Shown: positions 1-8,994 of the stretch, piece after piece | Layout of the letters: each line of letters starts with the position of its first letter | Numbering within the stretch: the first letter of the stretch is position 1 | Assembly (NCBI GenBank): GCA_039815185.1 | Contig: JBCBZT010000013.1 | Coordinates: forward strand, 64,001-128,000 | DNA: 64,000 nucleotides | Reading direction: 5' to 3' | From: Cyanobacteria bacterium P01_A01_bin.123 | Lineage (GTDB): Bacteria > Cyanobacteriota > Cyanobacteriia > Phormidesmidales > Phormidesmidaceae | Position numbers and translations under genes: made by a program | Notes under the pieces: generated by a model | Database searches by the model: none | Seen by the model: the letters and a program-made list of their open reading frames with translations, nothing else | Told to the model about the DNA's origin: nothing

Positions 1-47
1 CTGAAGCCTTAGAACGTCTTGAAGCCTATTTGCGTAAACACGCATAA
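1..47 (+). CDS. 3' end of a gene entering from the left edge (…EALERLEAYLRKHA*)
   Basis: Open frame from position 3 ends in TAA at 45-47. The helical tail is too short to identify. Confidence 0.35.
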   Translation, partial: EALERLEAYLRKHA

Positions 48-116
48 GAGAGCAGATGGTGAATGCCACCAATTTTGTTAATGCCAAGTTTGCCGCTTCA
101 TCCTTGCGGACGAAGC

Positions 117-884
117 TCATAACAACTCATGGAGTTTGTCATCTTTATACAAAATTGCCACCGTTGATCCCGCATCAATGCGGCCAAAGCGTGGGTTCAA
201 CCGACCTAGAGTGACCATGCCCCCAATATTTTTCCCCGTCGTTGGAGACGTTGTCTTATAGAGGTAATTTACGGTACCCTTTTGCCCCCGGAATGCCTGA
301 TAAATCTCACCCTGTAAGATATGGGTGGCTTCATCCCGTAGGGTGATCATGCGCTGAGTATAGTGAATGGTGTATCGCCCCAACCATGGAATGCCCACAG
401 CAATGGCCAGCAAAAAAGCGCCGGGCACCCAGGGTATCGGTTCCACATTGTGCTCCAGACGGGATATTGCGGGTCGAAAGCTGAGATAAATCACCGGATA
501 GGGAATGTTGCCTTCATCCCAGTTTGAGACTGACATCGAGGAAGATTCCGCTTTGTCATATTGCGTCCCGTCTACAACGTAGTGGTAGTTGACCGTGCCA
601 TTTTGGTAATCGTCGATAGTGCCTTCAACTTCAACAGCTAACGGGGAATTCCAAAGGATCAGGTAGCCCAACAACCCAATGACTGCTAGCACCGTAACCA
701 GTCCCAACCCAACGAGGACTTTCCCAACCGTCTTCCACCCCTCCCACAAGCTATCCAATGTGGCTTCGGGGCGTTGACCCTGTAAGAAATATTCGTTTTC
801 CGGACGCAAAATGCTAAGTCGAGACTTTGTCAGCTGTATATCCAGTTCCTCAAGACGTTTTGCCATCGAGATAGGCTCCTGCAA
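117..884 (-). CDS. hypothetical membrane protein (two TM helices flanking a small soluble domain)
   Basis: 255-aa ORF with hydrophobic segments VLVGLGLVTVLAVIGLLGYLILW and WVPGAFLLAIAVGIPWL. Confidence 0.7.
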   Translation of the reverse strand: MQEPISMAKRLEELDIQLTKSRLSILRPENEYFLQGQRPEATLDSLWEGWKTVGKVLVGLGLVTVLAVIGLLGYLILWNSPLAVEVEGTIDDYQNGTVNYHYVVDGTQYDKAESSSMSVSNWDEGNIPYPVIYLSFRPAISRLEHNVEPIPWVPGAFLLAIAVGIPWLGRYTIHYTQRMITLRDEATHILQGEIYQAFRGQKGTVNYLYKTTSPTTGKNIGGMVTLGRLNPRFGRIDAGSTVAILYKDDKLHELL

Positions 885-971
885 TGTTTAACATCGTTTC
901 TCGGTTGCCCTGGCGATATTCAGTCTACAGTTGCGAAGAAAACTTTTCCTGATGGCTGGGCGCGATCGCGC

Positions 972-1370
972 TTAATTTTGGAGCATGCTTACCCCATCAC
1001 AAAGCGCCTGGAATTGCGCTTCGGTGTATGCCCCTTGGCTTTGCCAATAGATCTCTCCAATCTGAGCAACGAGCAGGATACGGCTTGCTGAGATGTCACT
1101 GGTGTCGAGCGCTGTTTTGATCCGGTCAATGTCTGCGTATAGCGTGATTGTCTTTGCCCGCTTTAAGGATCTGAAATGCCTGTTGACATCCAAAAATCAA
1201 CCTGTGTTCGCTCCAGCCATGAGAGTTGCGGCAGGGTAAGGAGTTCAGTTCGTATACTCGAATATTTTCCTGGGCCCCTTCTACAAAGTAATGTCAACCC
1301 TTGAAAGAGCTTCATATCCCAATGGACAGGCAGATCGTCAGTTTTCCGCTCAACGTCAGCTCCAGGGGAA
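972..1370 (-). pseudogene. frameshifted remnant of an ATP10-like/thioredoxin-fold hypothetical protein
   Basis: One frame gives RAKTITLYADID…LLVAQIGEIYWQSQGAYTE. A different upstream frame gives LPQLSWLERTQVDFWMSTGISDP*. The 5' boundary is approximate. Confidence 0.45.
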
Positions 1371-1483
1371 ACCTATAATTCGTTTAGTGTATTGGGTGAG
1401 TTTGCCTGCTGGTGCAGATTCATTTGAAGAGTCCGGTGACTAGCTCCACCGTGAATCAGGTGTCGCAATTGGGTAACAACCGT

Positions 1484-2995
1484 ATGCAAAACAATTTCTT
1501 TGACAGCTCCTTAGATCAAGACGCTATTAAGCAGCGGATTCGCGCACTAGAGAATAGCAAGGTCGGGTTTTACAGCGTCGGTCTTTATCCAGGGTCGCTG
1601 GCTTACAACTGCGCGATGCAAACAGATGGCAAGTTGTTGCTTTTGGCACCCCGACCAGGGCGGACACTGATGGGTGCCTTTTCCGACGATGCCCTGCAAG
1701 GGATGGATCCAGACCATGTTGAGAAGATGCACCACATGGCGGTCCATAGTGAAGGAAATCAGCAGGTGCCCAATACGTTGGCCTATCTGATTGAAAACTG
1801 TGAACTAGTAATTTTGAGCGCTAACAGTAAACACATTGAGCAAGATGTCCAAGAAGCCTATGCCCTGCGGATAGAACTCAACCGCGAACAGGTGGTTCTG
1901 GCCTGTTTGGCGGGTTCTTTTAGCCATGACTTCATCCAAGACGAATCCTATGTTTTATGTGAAAAGCAACCCAATCTTGCGTTTTTCTCAGGCTTTCATC
2001 GTCACGGGGCGCTGCGGAATCCGGTGGATAGCTTTACGGCTAATTTTTGCCATCCCAATGCGTTGACGGCGCTGCTTGGTGCCCGCGTGCTGGATAAGAT
2101 CTCGCCTAATATCCAGGTTTCACCGGGCATCCACAATGTTGAAGCGCAATATATCAAAGCGGCCAAAAACATCTCTTCCATTTTTGCTGGATTTGGCCAT
2201 GTCTATCATCGCGAAAATACAGGAACCCTGCCAACGCTGCTGACCCTATTGCTGGATCAATGTCTGGACCAGGCCGCGACAGTATCGATGTTTCGCCGCG
2301 ATCGCAAACGACTTTACCACCGTCAACCGATTGCACTGACGGAATTAGGCTATGGTGTGCAGCGGATTGAGGCGGTCTTGATTCGCGGTGGGGACGTGGA
2401 GAAAGCTCGTGATCACACCTTTGCTCAATTAACGGCGATGGTGGCTGATGTGCGTGGCAGTATGATGTTGCCCGCATCGGGTCGCCCGACCCGTAACTTT
2501 CAAGCCGGGCAGATTTTGGCGGAAATGATGCGGATTCATAAACGGGCTCCCCACGGGATTGAAGAATTTGAAACCTGGTGCGAAAAGGCGGGTTTGCGCA
2601 AAGGGGGATTAGAGGGCCTAAAAGCGCTACGCTACTGGCCCCAAATCGTACGGAAATATCAGATTCAGGTGCATGATGCCTCAATGGTGAATCTACTGTA
2701 CATGTTGCTGTATGGGAAACCGACGACTAAAGAATTAGCGTTTTCGGTGATGACCAAAAGTCGGGAGTTGTCAAACTACTGTCAAGAATCGGTGCGTCCA
2801 ACCCATAGCCGTAAGTATGCGGAGGCACTGCAAAACCTGGATAAGCCAGAAGCGTTGGAGTTTGTCGCTAATGCCGTGATTGCAGATAATGCCCGCAAAA
2901 CGCTGAATGACGATAGTTTCCTGGATGAAAATGAGGAAAAGGACAATACCCCGACTTACCTGCGGGCCATGAGTGTGATTGAAAATGTTTGGTAG
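1484..2995 (+). CDS. highly divergent NAD(P)-dependent glycerol-3-phosphate dehydrogenase (GpsA)-fold protein
   Basis: Ordered GpsA-like motifs: KVGFYSVGLYPGSLA, LIENCELVILSANS, AFFSG, KAAKNISSIFAG, TRNFQAGQ, EGLKAL. ATG at 1484 preferred over GTG at 1412. Confidence 0.6.
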   Translation: MQNNFFDSSLDQDAIKQRIRALENSKVGFYSVGLYPGSLAYNCAMQTDGKLLLLAPRPGRTLMGAFSDDALQGMDPDHVEKMHHMAVHSEGNQQVPNTLAYLIENCELVILSANSKHIEQDVQEAYALRIELNREQVVLACLAGSFSHDFIQDESYVLCEKQPNLAFFSGFHRHGALRNPVDSFTANFCHPNALTALLGARVLDKISPNIQVSPGIHNVEAQYIKAAKNISSIFAGFGHVYHRENTGTLPTLLTLLLDQCLDQAATVSMFRRDRKRLYHRQPIALTELGYGVQRIEAVLIRGGDVEKARDHTFAQLTAMVADVRGSMMLPASGRPTRNFQAGQILAEMMRIHKRAPHGIEEFETWCEKAGLRKGGLEGLKALRYWPQIVRKYQIQVHDASMVNLLYMLLYGKPTTKELAFSVMTKSRELSNYCQESVRPTHSRKYAEALQNLDKPEALEFVANAVIADNARKTLNDDSFLDENEEKDNTPTYLRAMSVIENVW

Positions 2996-3033
2996 AAGGT
3001 TTCGCAGCAGTAGACTCGACATCAGAACGTTGC

Positions 3034-3477
3034 TCAAGTTGTCGCTTTTTTGCTGTCGGCTCGCAGCGAAATGACTAGCCCAACAACCGATAACAGTACG
3101 CCAACCGCAACGGCTATCCATGGTGGATGGCCAGGTGTGTGTTGGCGTACATAGGCTGTCGCATAGAACGCAGGCCCAGATACGACCAGCCCTACAGCCG
3201 GAATCGTCCAGCGCGCCCACTTATACCCCTGCCTGAAGGGCACAAATAAAAGCACGATCATCGCTAGAGCTGTCGCTAACCAGGCACCCCCAGTCGCGCG
3301 CATCAATGCCAAGATCAGCACCTGATAAGGACGCTCCACAGCACTCCAATCTCTAGCTAAAGCCTCAGCATGGTAGGGCATGAACTCTGGGCGGAAGAGA
3401 TACACCAGTCCAAATACAAGCAGGAGCAGTGCAGCCACCAGATGGCATCCGAAAGCAATCTTCATCGCCTTATTCAT
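3034..3477 (-). CDS. four-TM hypothetical membrane protein
   Basis: GGAGG RBS before ATG 3477; four hydrophobic segments; FMPYH motif. Confidence 0.75.
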   Translation of the reverse strand: MNKAMKIAFGCHLVAALLLLVFGLVYLFRPEFMPYHAEALARDWSAVERPYQVLILALMRATGGAWLATALAMIVLLFVPFRQGYKWARWTIPAVGLVVSGPAFYATAYVRQHTPGHPPWIAVAVGVLLSVVGLVISLRADSKKATT

Positions 3478-3518
3478 CGGCCCTCCCAAAGCTTTGTGGC
3501 TACGGCTATACTCACACC

Positions 3519-4178
3519 TTACCGCCAAAGCAGAATTTCTTGCTTTCCTCGCGGAGAGAGTTCGTAAACGCCCAGGGATACTCTGTCAAACCACCCATAG
3601 ACATTTCTGTACAGAATATCTCTGGCCTTGGGCTCTTGGAGCGTTTTAGCAATCTGCGAAGCTTTGGTCGGCCCCTGTTGTTGTAAGAACTGGGCAATGG
3701 CCAATGCCTTTTGTCGGTAAGCGGTCATAACGCCCTGTCGCTTTTGCATGCCGCCCAGGTTCGGGTCGCCCACACGCTTAACGAATTCACCCAGTAGACG
3801 TGCTTGACGACGCTTCGAGATTCGAGGTTTATATTCGCCAGGATCAACCAGTACCTCTACGCTGCCGTGAGTCGAGTTCGGATCAATCACGACTAACCCT
3901 AGTCCTAGCATCTTGAGTAGCTTGAGAACACGCCGCCGTCGTTTGCTCAGCACTTTACATTGTTTAGGAATACCGATGTACACAGTCGGCGTCAGCGCCA
4001 GCCTTTCCACTGCCTGAAGGACGACATCGAGATTGAGAGACCGTTTGAGTTCTACAACAACAGGGGTTTCATCGCCCCGCACTGCCAGCACATCACAATC
4101 TTGAACTTCTCCTTTCACCGCATAATTTTGAGATTCAAGAAATCGCTTCAGGGGTAGATAAAGATCAGATTCCTTCAT
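3519..4178 (-). CDS. DUF2161 family putative PD-(D/E)XK-type protein
   Basis: MKESDLYLPLK..LE.Q.Y.VKGEV..CDV, VELK, GDPN.GG, TAYRQ.AL, NVYGWF.RV..G.Y.L motifs. Confidence 0.85.
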   Translation of the reverse strand: MKESDLYLPLKRFLESQNYAVKGEVQDCDVLAVRGDETPVVVELKRSLNLDVVLQAVERLALTPTVYIGIPKQCKVLSKRRRRVLKLLKMLGLGLVVIDPNSTHGSVEVLVDPGEYKPRISKRRQARLLGEFVKRVGDPNLGGMQKRQGVMTAYRQKALAIAQFLQQQGPTKASQIAKTLQEPKARDILYRNVYGWFDRVSLGVYELSPRGKQEILLWR

Positions 4179-4343
4179 TCCTATTCCGTTAATTCCACAC
4201 TCATTGTGCCAGTGTTGACCAAGCGCCGAAACTGCTCAAGAGCATATCCTTGATCTACAAAGCAAAGCACTGAGAAAAAATATAAGCAATCCAATAAATT
4301 TAAGGAGGTAGGTTCAAAACATATTGGTAAGTTCGTTTAAGAC

Positions 4344-4934
4344 TTATTGCTCCGCCAGATCGAAAAGATAATATTCCCAGCCTACAAACGTTTGGCTTAA
4401 AACCGATTCTGGGCAATCATATTCATGCCTAGGAAAGATTAACGTCTGGTTTAATAAGTAGACATTGCCGCAACTACCATATCGTTCTCTTTCGATTATC
4501 TGATCATCCACAATCTCTAGGACAGTGTTACCATAAAATCCTCCAGAACCCCCATTGTGAACTGCTGTAACCAGGTAGATTCGATCTTGAAGGTGAATGG
4601 TAGTGACGCAAGATTCACAAACGAATTCTTTTGGCTTTGTAAGAGATTCATCAGGATCAATCGGCACCGGAAGAAGGCTGTCTGTTTCTTCGTTTAAGAG
4701 ATATACCTCTGCCGCTCTATGGGGGGTTCCACCGGGAAAAACTCGCTCATATTCACGAAAGCTATAGATATAGTCGGTTCCGGGTATCCTCTTACCGTCT
4801 CTAATATCCTCAAAGTTAAGGCGCTTGGATAACGGTACCTGCAACTGGTCAACAGTTTTGATAGCAACTAGGGCACCTAGAAGACCTAGCATCATGGCGA
4901 TCGACTTAAATGATACAGAATTTAGGCGTTTCAC
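4344..4934 (-). CDS. hypothetical exported or membrane-anchored protein
   Basis: 196-aa ORF, N-terminal hydrophobic helix, AT-richer than flanking genes. Confidence 0.6.
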   Translation of the reverse strand: MKRLNSVSFKSIAMMLGLLGALVAIKTVDQLQVPLSKRLNFEDIRDGKRIPGTDYIYSFREYERVFPGGTPHRAAEVYLLNEETDSLLPVPIDPDESLTKPKEFVCESCVTTIHLQDRIYLVTAVHNGGSGGFYGNTVLEIVDDQIIERERYGSCGNVYLLNQTLIFPRHEYDCPESVLSQTFVGWEYYLFDLAEQ

Positions 4935-5033
4935 AGGAGCAACTTTAGAGACAGTGTTTCAGGATCAGGGTTCAGTTAGCCATTGTACGGCCGTTAAATT
5001 TAAATGTCATTAGGGTTGCAATGATCACATAAC

Positions 5034-5475
5034 TCATAATATAAATTCCCCACCCCAAACTATAGCTTCCTGTATTCTGTCAAAGCCAATTTTTTTAGCG
5101 ACTCGGATTGAACCAATATTTTGACTGTCGCATTCCCAATAGGGAGTAATATTGTGACTCAAACAATAATTCACAAAATGGACTGCTGTAGCGGTGGTAA
5201 TCCCCTGATTTTGATAAGCCTGAAGCGTCTCAATGCCAATGCCGCATTTTTTTGTGCTGACATATTCTGCGGTACACCAGAAAATAATGCTTTCCCCTAG
5301 TAATGCAACATAACCAAAGCCATTTTCACAAAACTTTTCTCGTGATGGCCACATCCATTCAATCTCAGATTTTAGTGTTTCACTCAGCAATAAAAGTGAG
5401 AATTATTTCCAGTTGAGGGTCTGGAAAATACTGTGTACATTTTCTTATTGCATTGAGCGGGATTTCTTCTATCAT
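5034..5475 (-). pseudogene. GNAT acetyltransferase pseudogene with an apparent internal deletion
   Basis: RBS GAGGGG plus ATG 5475 gives MIEEIPLNAIRKCTQYFPDPQLEIILTFIAE*. This is joined out of frame to a GNAT C-half (GIGIETLQAYQNQGI…YWECDSQNIGSIRVAKKIGF). Confidence 0.65.
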
Positions 5476-5679
5476 TGACTTCCCCTCATTTTTGGATTGA
5501 TATCACGCCCTAACTTGTATTTAATCTAATTTTTATTGTCCTAATCTGCCTAACATCTCTTATTGAGGTGGTTAGCGAGAGCTTGATTGCTATCTCTTCC
5601 TCTGGAGGGTGTTAGGCTATCGGATGGTTGTGCCTTTGCCAGGGAAACGCCCTTTTCACCGTTTCCCTGCTTAACACCT

Positions 5680-7743
5680 ATGTCTCTACTCGCGCTAAAT
5701 GTAACTAATGTGCGTCTTGCCCTAGAGTGTCCCCGGCTATTTTATTTGGGGCACCACGAAGGGGGTACAACCGTATTTCGATCCCCCTCTGAGGGCATGG
5801 GCATCGGCACCGCGTTTCATCAGGTGTCGGCAGACTGTGTGCGATCGCTCCTGCAAGACCCTAACCTCAAGCAACGACTTGAACCCGCTGTCTCCTCTGC
5901 AGCCGCAGGCCGACAGCGATCGCAGAAATTGTCTCAATGGCTGCGATCGCATCTGTATAAAACCGTCTTCTTCCCCTATCTGCAAAGCATCATCCGCACC
6001 GATGCCAGTCGAGCCAAAGCGATGGAAACCCTATGGCAAGCCCTGGGTCGTTTGGTAGATCGGTGGGCTACGTTGCTGGTGAACAACCGTCGGTTTTGCC
6101 CTGCGGCTGAAGTCGTCGGCAAAACCTTCATTGCCCAAGAACTCAGCGTTGATCATACCTTTACCCTACCCGATGGCAGCGCCCAACCCGTGCAGGGACG
6201 GCTTGACTGCCTGGTATACGACTTCGCCCATCGTCGCCTGTGCGTGGTGGAATACAAAACCTACCGCACTCCCGACAGTGCGCCCCAACTGGCTCAGGTC
6301 GCTCTCTACAGCAAACTGCTGCAATCACGAGTTGGCGTCCCGATTAACGCTGCCCTCTACAGCGTTTTACCCGATTGGCAAGAGCGCGCTTTCGTCTGGG
6401 AAGCACTAGAAGACTCCTGGAACCAGCTCATTCCCCAACGGTTGCAACTCATGCAGCAGTGGTTAACCTGGCACCCCGGCCAGCCCGATCCACCCCCAGA
6501 AACCCGCTACAAACATCTCTGCGACCTCTGCCCCCAACAGCAAAAATGCCAGCACTATTTTGCCAATCCAACCCTAAAAAGCCCACAACAACTAGACTTG
6601 CTCTCCCAACTTCACCCGAGTGGTGCTCGTAAGAAACGCGATCGCTCCCCCTCTCCCCCTCCCCCCCTCCCCCCCTCTCCTCACCCAACCGCCCCCGATC
6701 AAATCAACGCGATCGCCCTAAAACTCGTTCGCACCCTGCGCGCCTTCAACATTGGTGTGGATGCCCAAGGTACCGCGATCGCCCCGGCATTCATTCGCGT
6801 CAAGCTCAAACCCCAACTGGGTGTGAAGGTCAACTCGATTTTGAAGCTAACCGATGATTTGCGGGTGCAGTTGGGCCTCACCGCGCCACCCATGATTGCG
6901 CCGCAAGCCGGTTACGTCAGTGTCGACTTGCCCCGCCCCGATCGGCAAACCGCTGTGTTTGATTACTATGTTTCCGCTCAAGTGCTATCTCCTACCGCAC
7001 CCGTACAGATTGCCATTGGCGTCGATCTAGAAGGCAATCTAGTGGAAGCCGATCTCTCAGATGCCAATACCTGCCACTTTTTAGTCGGGGGGACGACGGG
7101 CAGTGGTAAAAGCGAATTTCTGCGATCGCTGTTGTTGAGCCTACTGGTGCGCCATTCTCCAGAAATGCTGCAAATTGCCCTGGTCGATCCCAAGCGCGTC
7201 ACCTTTCCTGAATTTGAAACTATGCCTTGGCTGCTAGAGCCAATTGTGAAAGATTCCGAGGGCGCGATCGCGCTGATGACCACCCTGATGGATGAAATGG
7301 ATCGGCGCTACCAGCGCTTTGAACAAAGTCGCTGCGCTGACCTCAGCCGCTACAACCAGCAGGCCAAAACCCCCATGCCCCGCATCGTCTGTATTTTTGA
7401 CGAGTACGCCGATCTTATGTCTGAAAAAGAAAGCAAGGCCGCGATCGAACAAAGTATCAAGCGCCTCGGGGCCATGGCTCGCGCCGCCGGCATTCACCTG
7501 ATCATCGCCACTCAACGCCCCGATGCCAAAGTCGTGACGCCCCTAATCCGCTCCAATTTGCCAGGACGAGTCGCCCTACGCACCGCTAGCGATGCCGATT
7601 CAGCTATCATTTTGGGTGGCAAACAGGGGGACGCCGTCAATCTGCTGGGGAAAGGCGACCTGCTCTACTTGAAGGGGGCACAGCTTTTGCGACTGCAAAG
7701 TCTATTTGCTCCCCAGATCGTCTTACAACAAATCGAAAAATGA
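5680..7743 (+). CDS. Cas4/RecB-like PD-(D/E)XK nuclease fused to an FtsK/SpoIIIE ATPase
   Basis: Nuclease part: ECPRLFY, GRLD…VEYKT, QVALY, CDLCPQQQKC. A Pro-rich linker follows. ATPase part: Walker A GTTGSGKS, VDPK, Walker B CIFDEYAD, RAAGIHLIIATQRP, LLGKGDLL. Confidence 0.85.
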   Translation: MSLLALNVTNVRLALECPRLFYLGHHEGGTTVFRSPSEGMGIGTAFHQVSADCVRSLLQDPNLKQRLEPAVSSAAAGRQRSQKLSQWLRSHLYKTVFFPYLQSIIRTDASRAKAMETLWQALGRLVDRWATLLVNNRRFCPAAEVVGKTFIAQELSVDHTFTLPDGSAQPVQGRLDCLVYDFAHRRLCVVEYKTYRTPDSAPQLAQVALYSKLLQSRVGVPINAALYSVLPDWQERAFVWEALEDSWNQLIPQRLQLMQQWLTWHPGQPDPPPETRYKHLCDLCPQQQKCQHYFANPTLKSPQQLDLLSQLHPSGARKKRDRSPSPPPPLPPSPHPTAPDQINAIALKLVRTLRAFNIGVDAQGTAIAPAFIRVKLKPQLGVKVNSILKLTDDLRVQLGLTAPPMIAPQAGYVSVDLPRPDRQTAVFDYYVSAQVLSPTAPVQIAIGVDLEGNLVEADLSDANTCHFLVGGTTGSGKSEFLRSLLLSLLVRHSPEMLQIALVDPKRVTFPEFETMPWLLEPIVKDSEGAIALMTTLMDEMDRRYQRFEQSRCADLSRYNQQAKTPMPRIVCIFDEYADLMSEKESKAAIEQSIKRLGAMARAAGIHLIIATQRPDAKVVTPLIRSNLPGRVALRTASDADSAIILGGKQGDAVNLLGKGDLLYLKGAQLLRLQSLFAPQIVLQQIEK

Positions 7744-7756
7744 TGGCTACCCATGA

Positions 7757-8887
7757 TCACCCCTGCAAAAACATCAGCACTTCTTGAATAAAGCGATCGC
7801 GTCCCCGTTCCGGTCGATCATTAAACAAGTAGTGCGTTGCATCGGGAACAGTGACCGTTCGCACCGCTGGCGCATTGACAAGCGCCACAGCCAGCGCCGA
7901 TAAATCTTCTGGCCGCGACCAAAAATCTAGCTCTCCCCGGATCACCAGCGTCGGCGTCCGAATGTCCTCGGCATCCCAATATTGATACCCCTGGGCCAGG
8001 TTAAAGCTTTCTTCTCGATAAGCAGTTGGAATGCGGGCACTGGGTGGCGTGCGTGTTTGACTGGTGGGATCTAGCGCTACCGCCGTGCAGGCATAGGCGT
8101 CTGCCACAGCGGGATTCCGCCACTGGGTTTTGTCCTCAGTTGGAATAGAGTTGTCCCACCCCCGCAGAAATCCGTCGTAGTCCACCAGGCGGTAAGCCCC
8201 TCCATTTGGGTCAAAACTAGCGGGGTTGTTGGGATCTGCAAATCGTTCAGTCAAGGACCAAGGCGCAGCTACCCCATAGAGGCTGTTCAGCATCACCAGA
8301 TGGCTCACTGCTCCGTTGTTTTGAGTGGTATATAACCCAGCCCAATGTCCGCCTGTGGCCCAACCGACTAGGGCAACGCTGGACTGCCCGCTGCGATCGC
8401 GAATCCAATCCACCACTGCACCAATATCACGCGTGGCCTCGTCAGCAGTAACAGCAGGCGGATTACGATCGGCAGGTTCATCCAATGCCCGGGGTCGACT
8501 TGAAGCCTCCCACCCGCGCACATTCATGATGTAAACCCAATGACCTGCTTGAGCCAACTCTGCCGCCAGCGAATAGCCCGGAACACTCAGGTCAAAAGAG
8601 GCGATTCCACCAGGCCCACCCCCATGGATTAAGAGAATAGGCACCCCAGTCGGGGCTGAACTCGGTACCAATTCCCTTACAAAAATCTCTACCCCCGCAT
8701 CACTTTCAACCCAAAAATCGGCACGAGACACGGTCACATTAGGGGGGCTAGCTTGGCTAATCGTTGATGAAACAGGACAATGCCCAGCCGCCACCGCCCA
8801 GCCTTCAAGATTCCCGTTGGCTACCGTCAGCACGCCTGTTGTACATAACAGGAATCCCCATTGGCAAAGTTTTTGATCAAACGCCAT
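7757..8887 (-). CDS. alpha/beta-fold hydrolase-like protein, probably exported
   Basis: LLIHGG, elbow GWATGG, GELD, THYL; N-terminal signal-like segment. Confidence 0.8.
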   Translation of the reverse strand: MAFDQKLCQWGFLLCTTGVLTVANGNLEGWAVAAGHCPVSSTISQASPPNVTVSRADFWVESDAGVEIFVRELVPSSAPTGVPILLIHGGGPGGIASFDLSVPGYSLAAELAQAGHWVYIMNVRGWEASSRPRALDEPADRNPPAVTADEATRDIGAVVDWIRDRSGQSSVALVGWATGGHWAGLYTTQNNGAVSHLVMLNSLYGVAAPWSLTERFADPNNPASFDPNGGAYRLVDYDGFLRGWDNSIPTEDKTQWRNPAVADAYACTAVALDPTSQTRTPPSARIPTAYREESFNLAQGYQYWDAEDIRTPTLVIRGELDFWSRPEDLSALAVALVNAPAVRTVTVPDATHYLFNDRPERGRDRFIQEVLMFLQG

Positions 8888-8994
8888 ATTGATTTCGCTT
8901 AGCGCCTTAATAGACCTCTATTTGGCACCATAAAAGCAACGGTTATGACTGTCCAACACATCTTGAGTCTGCTATTCACACCCAAAAGGTTCAA

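Noticed and set aside
6645..6700. C-rich tract (possible G-quadruplex or phase-variable run)
   Set aside because: It is explained by the poly-Pro linker, and the frame is intact.
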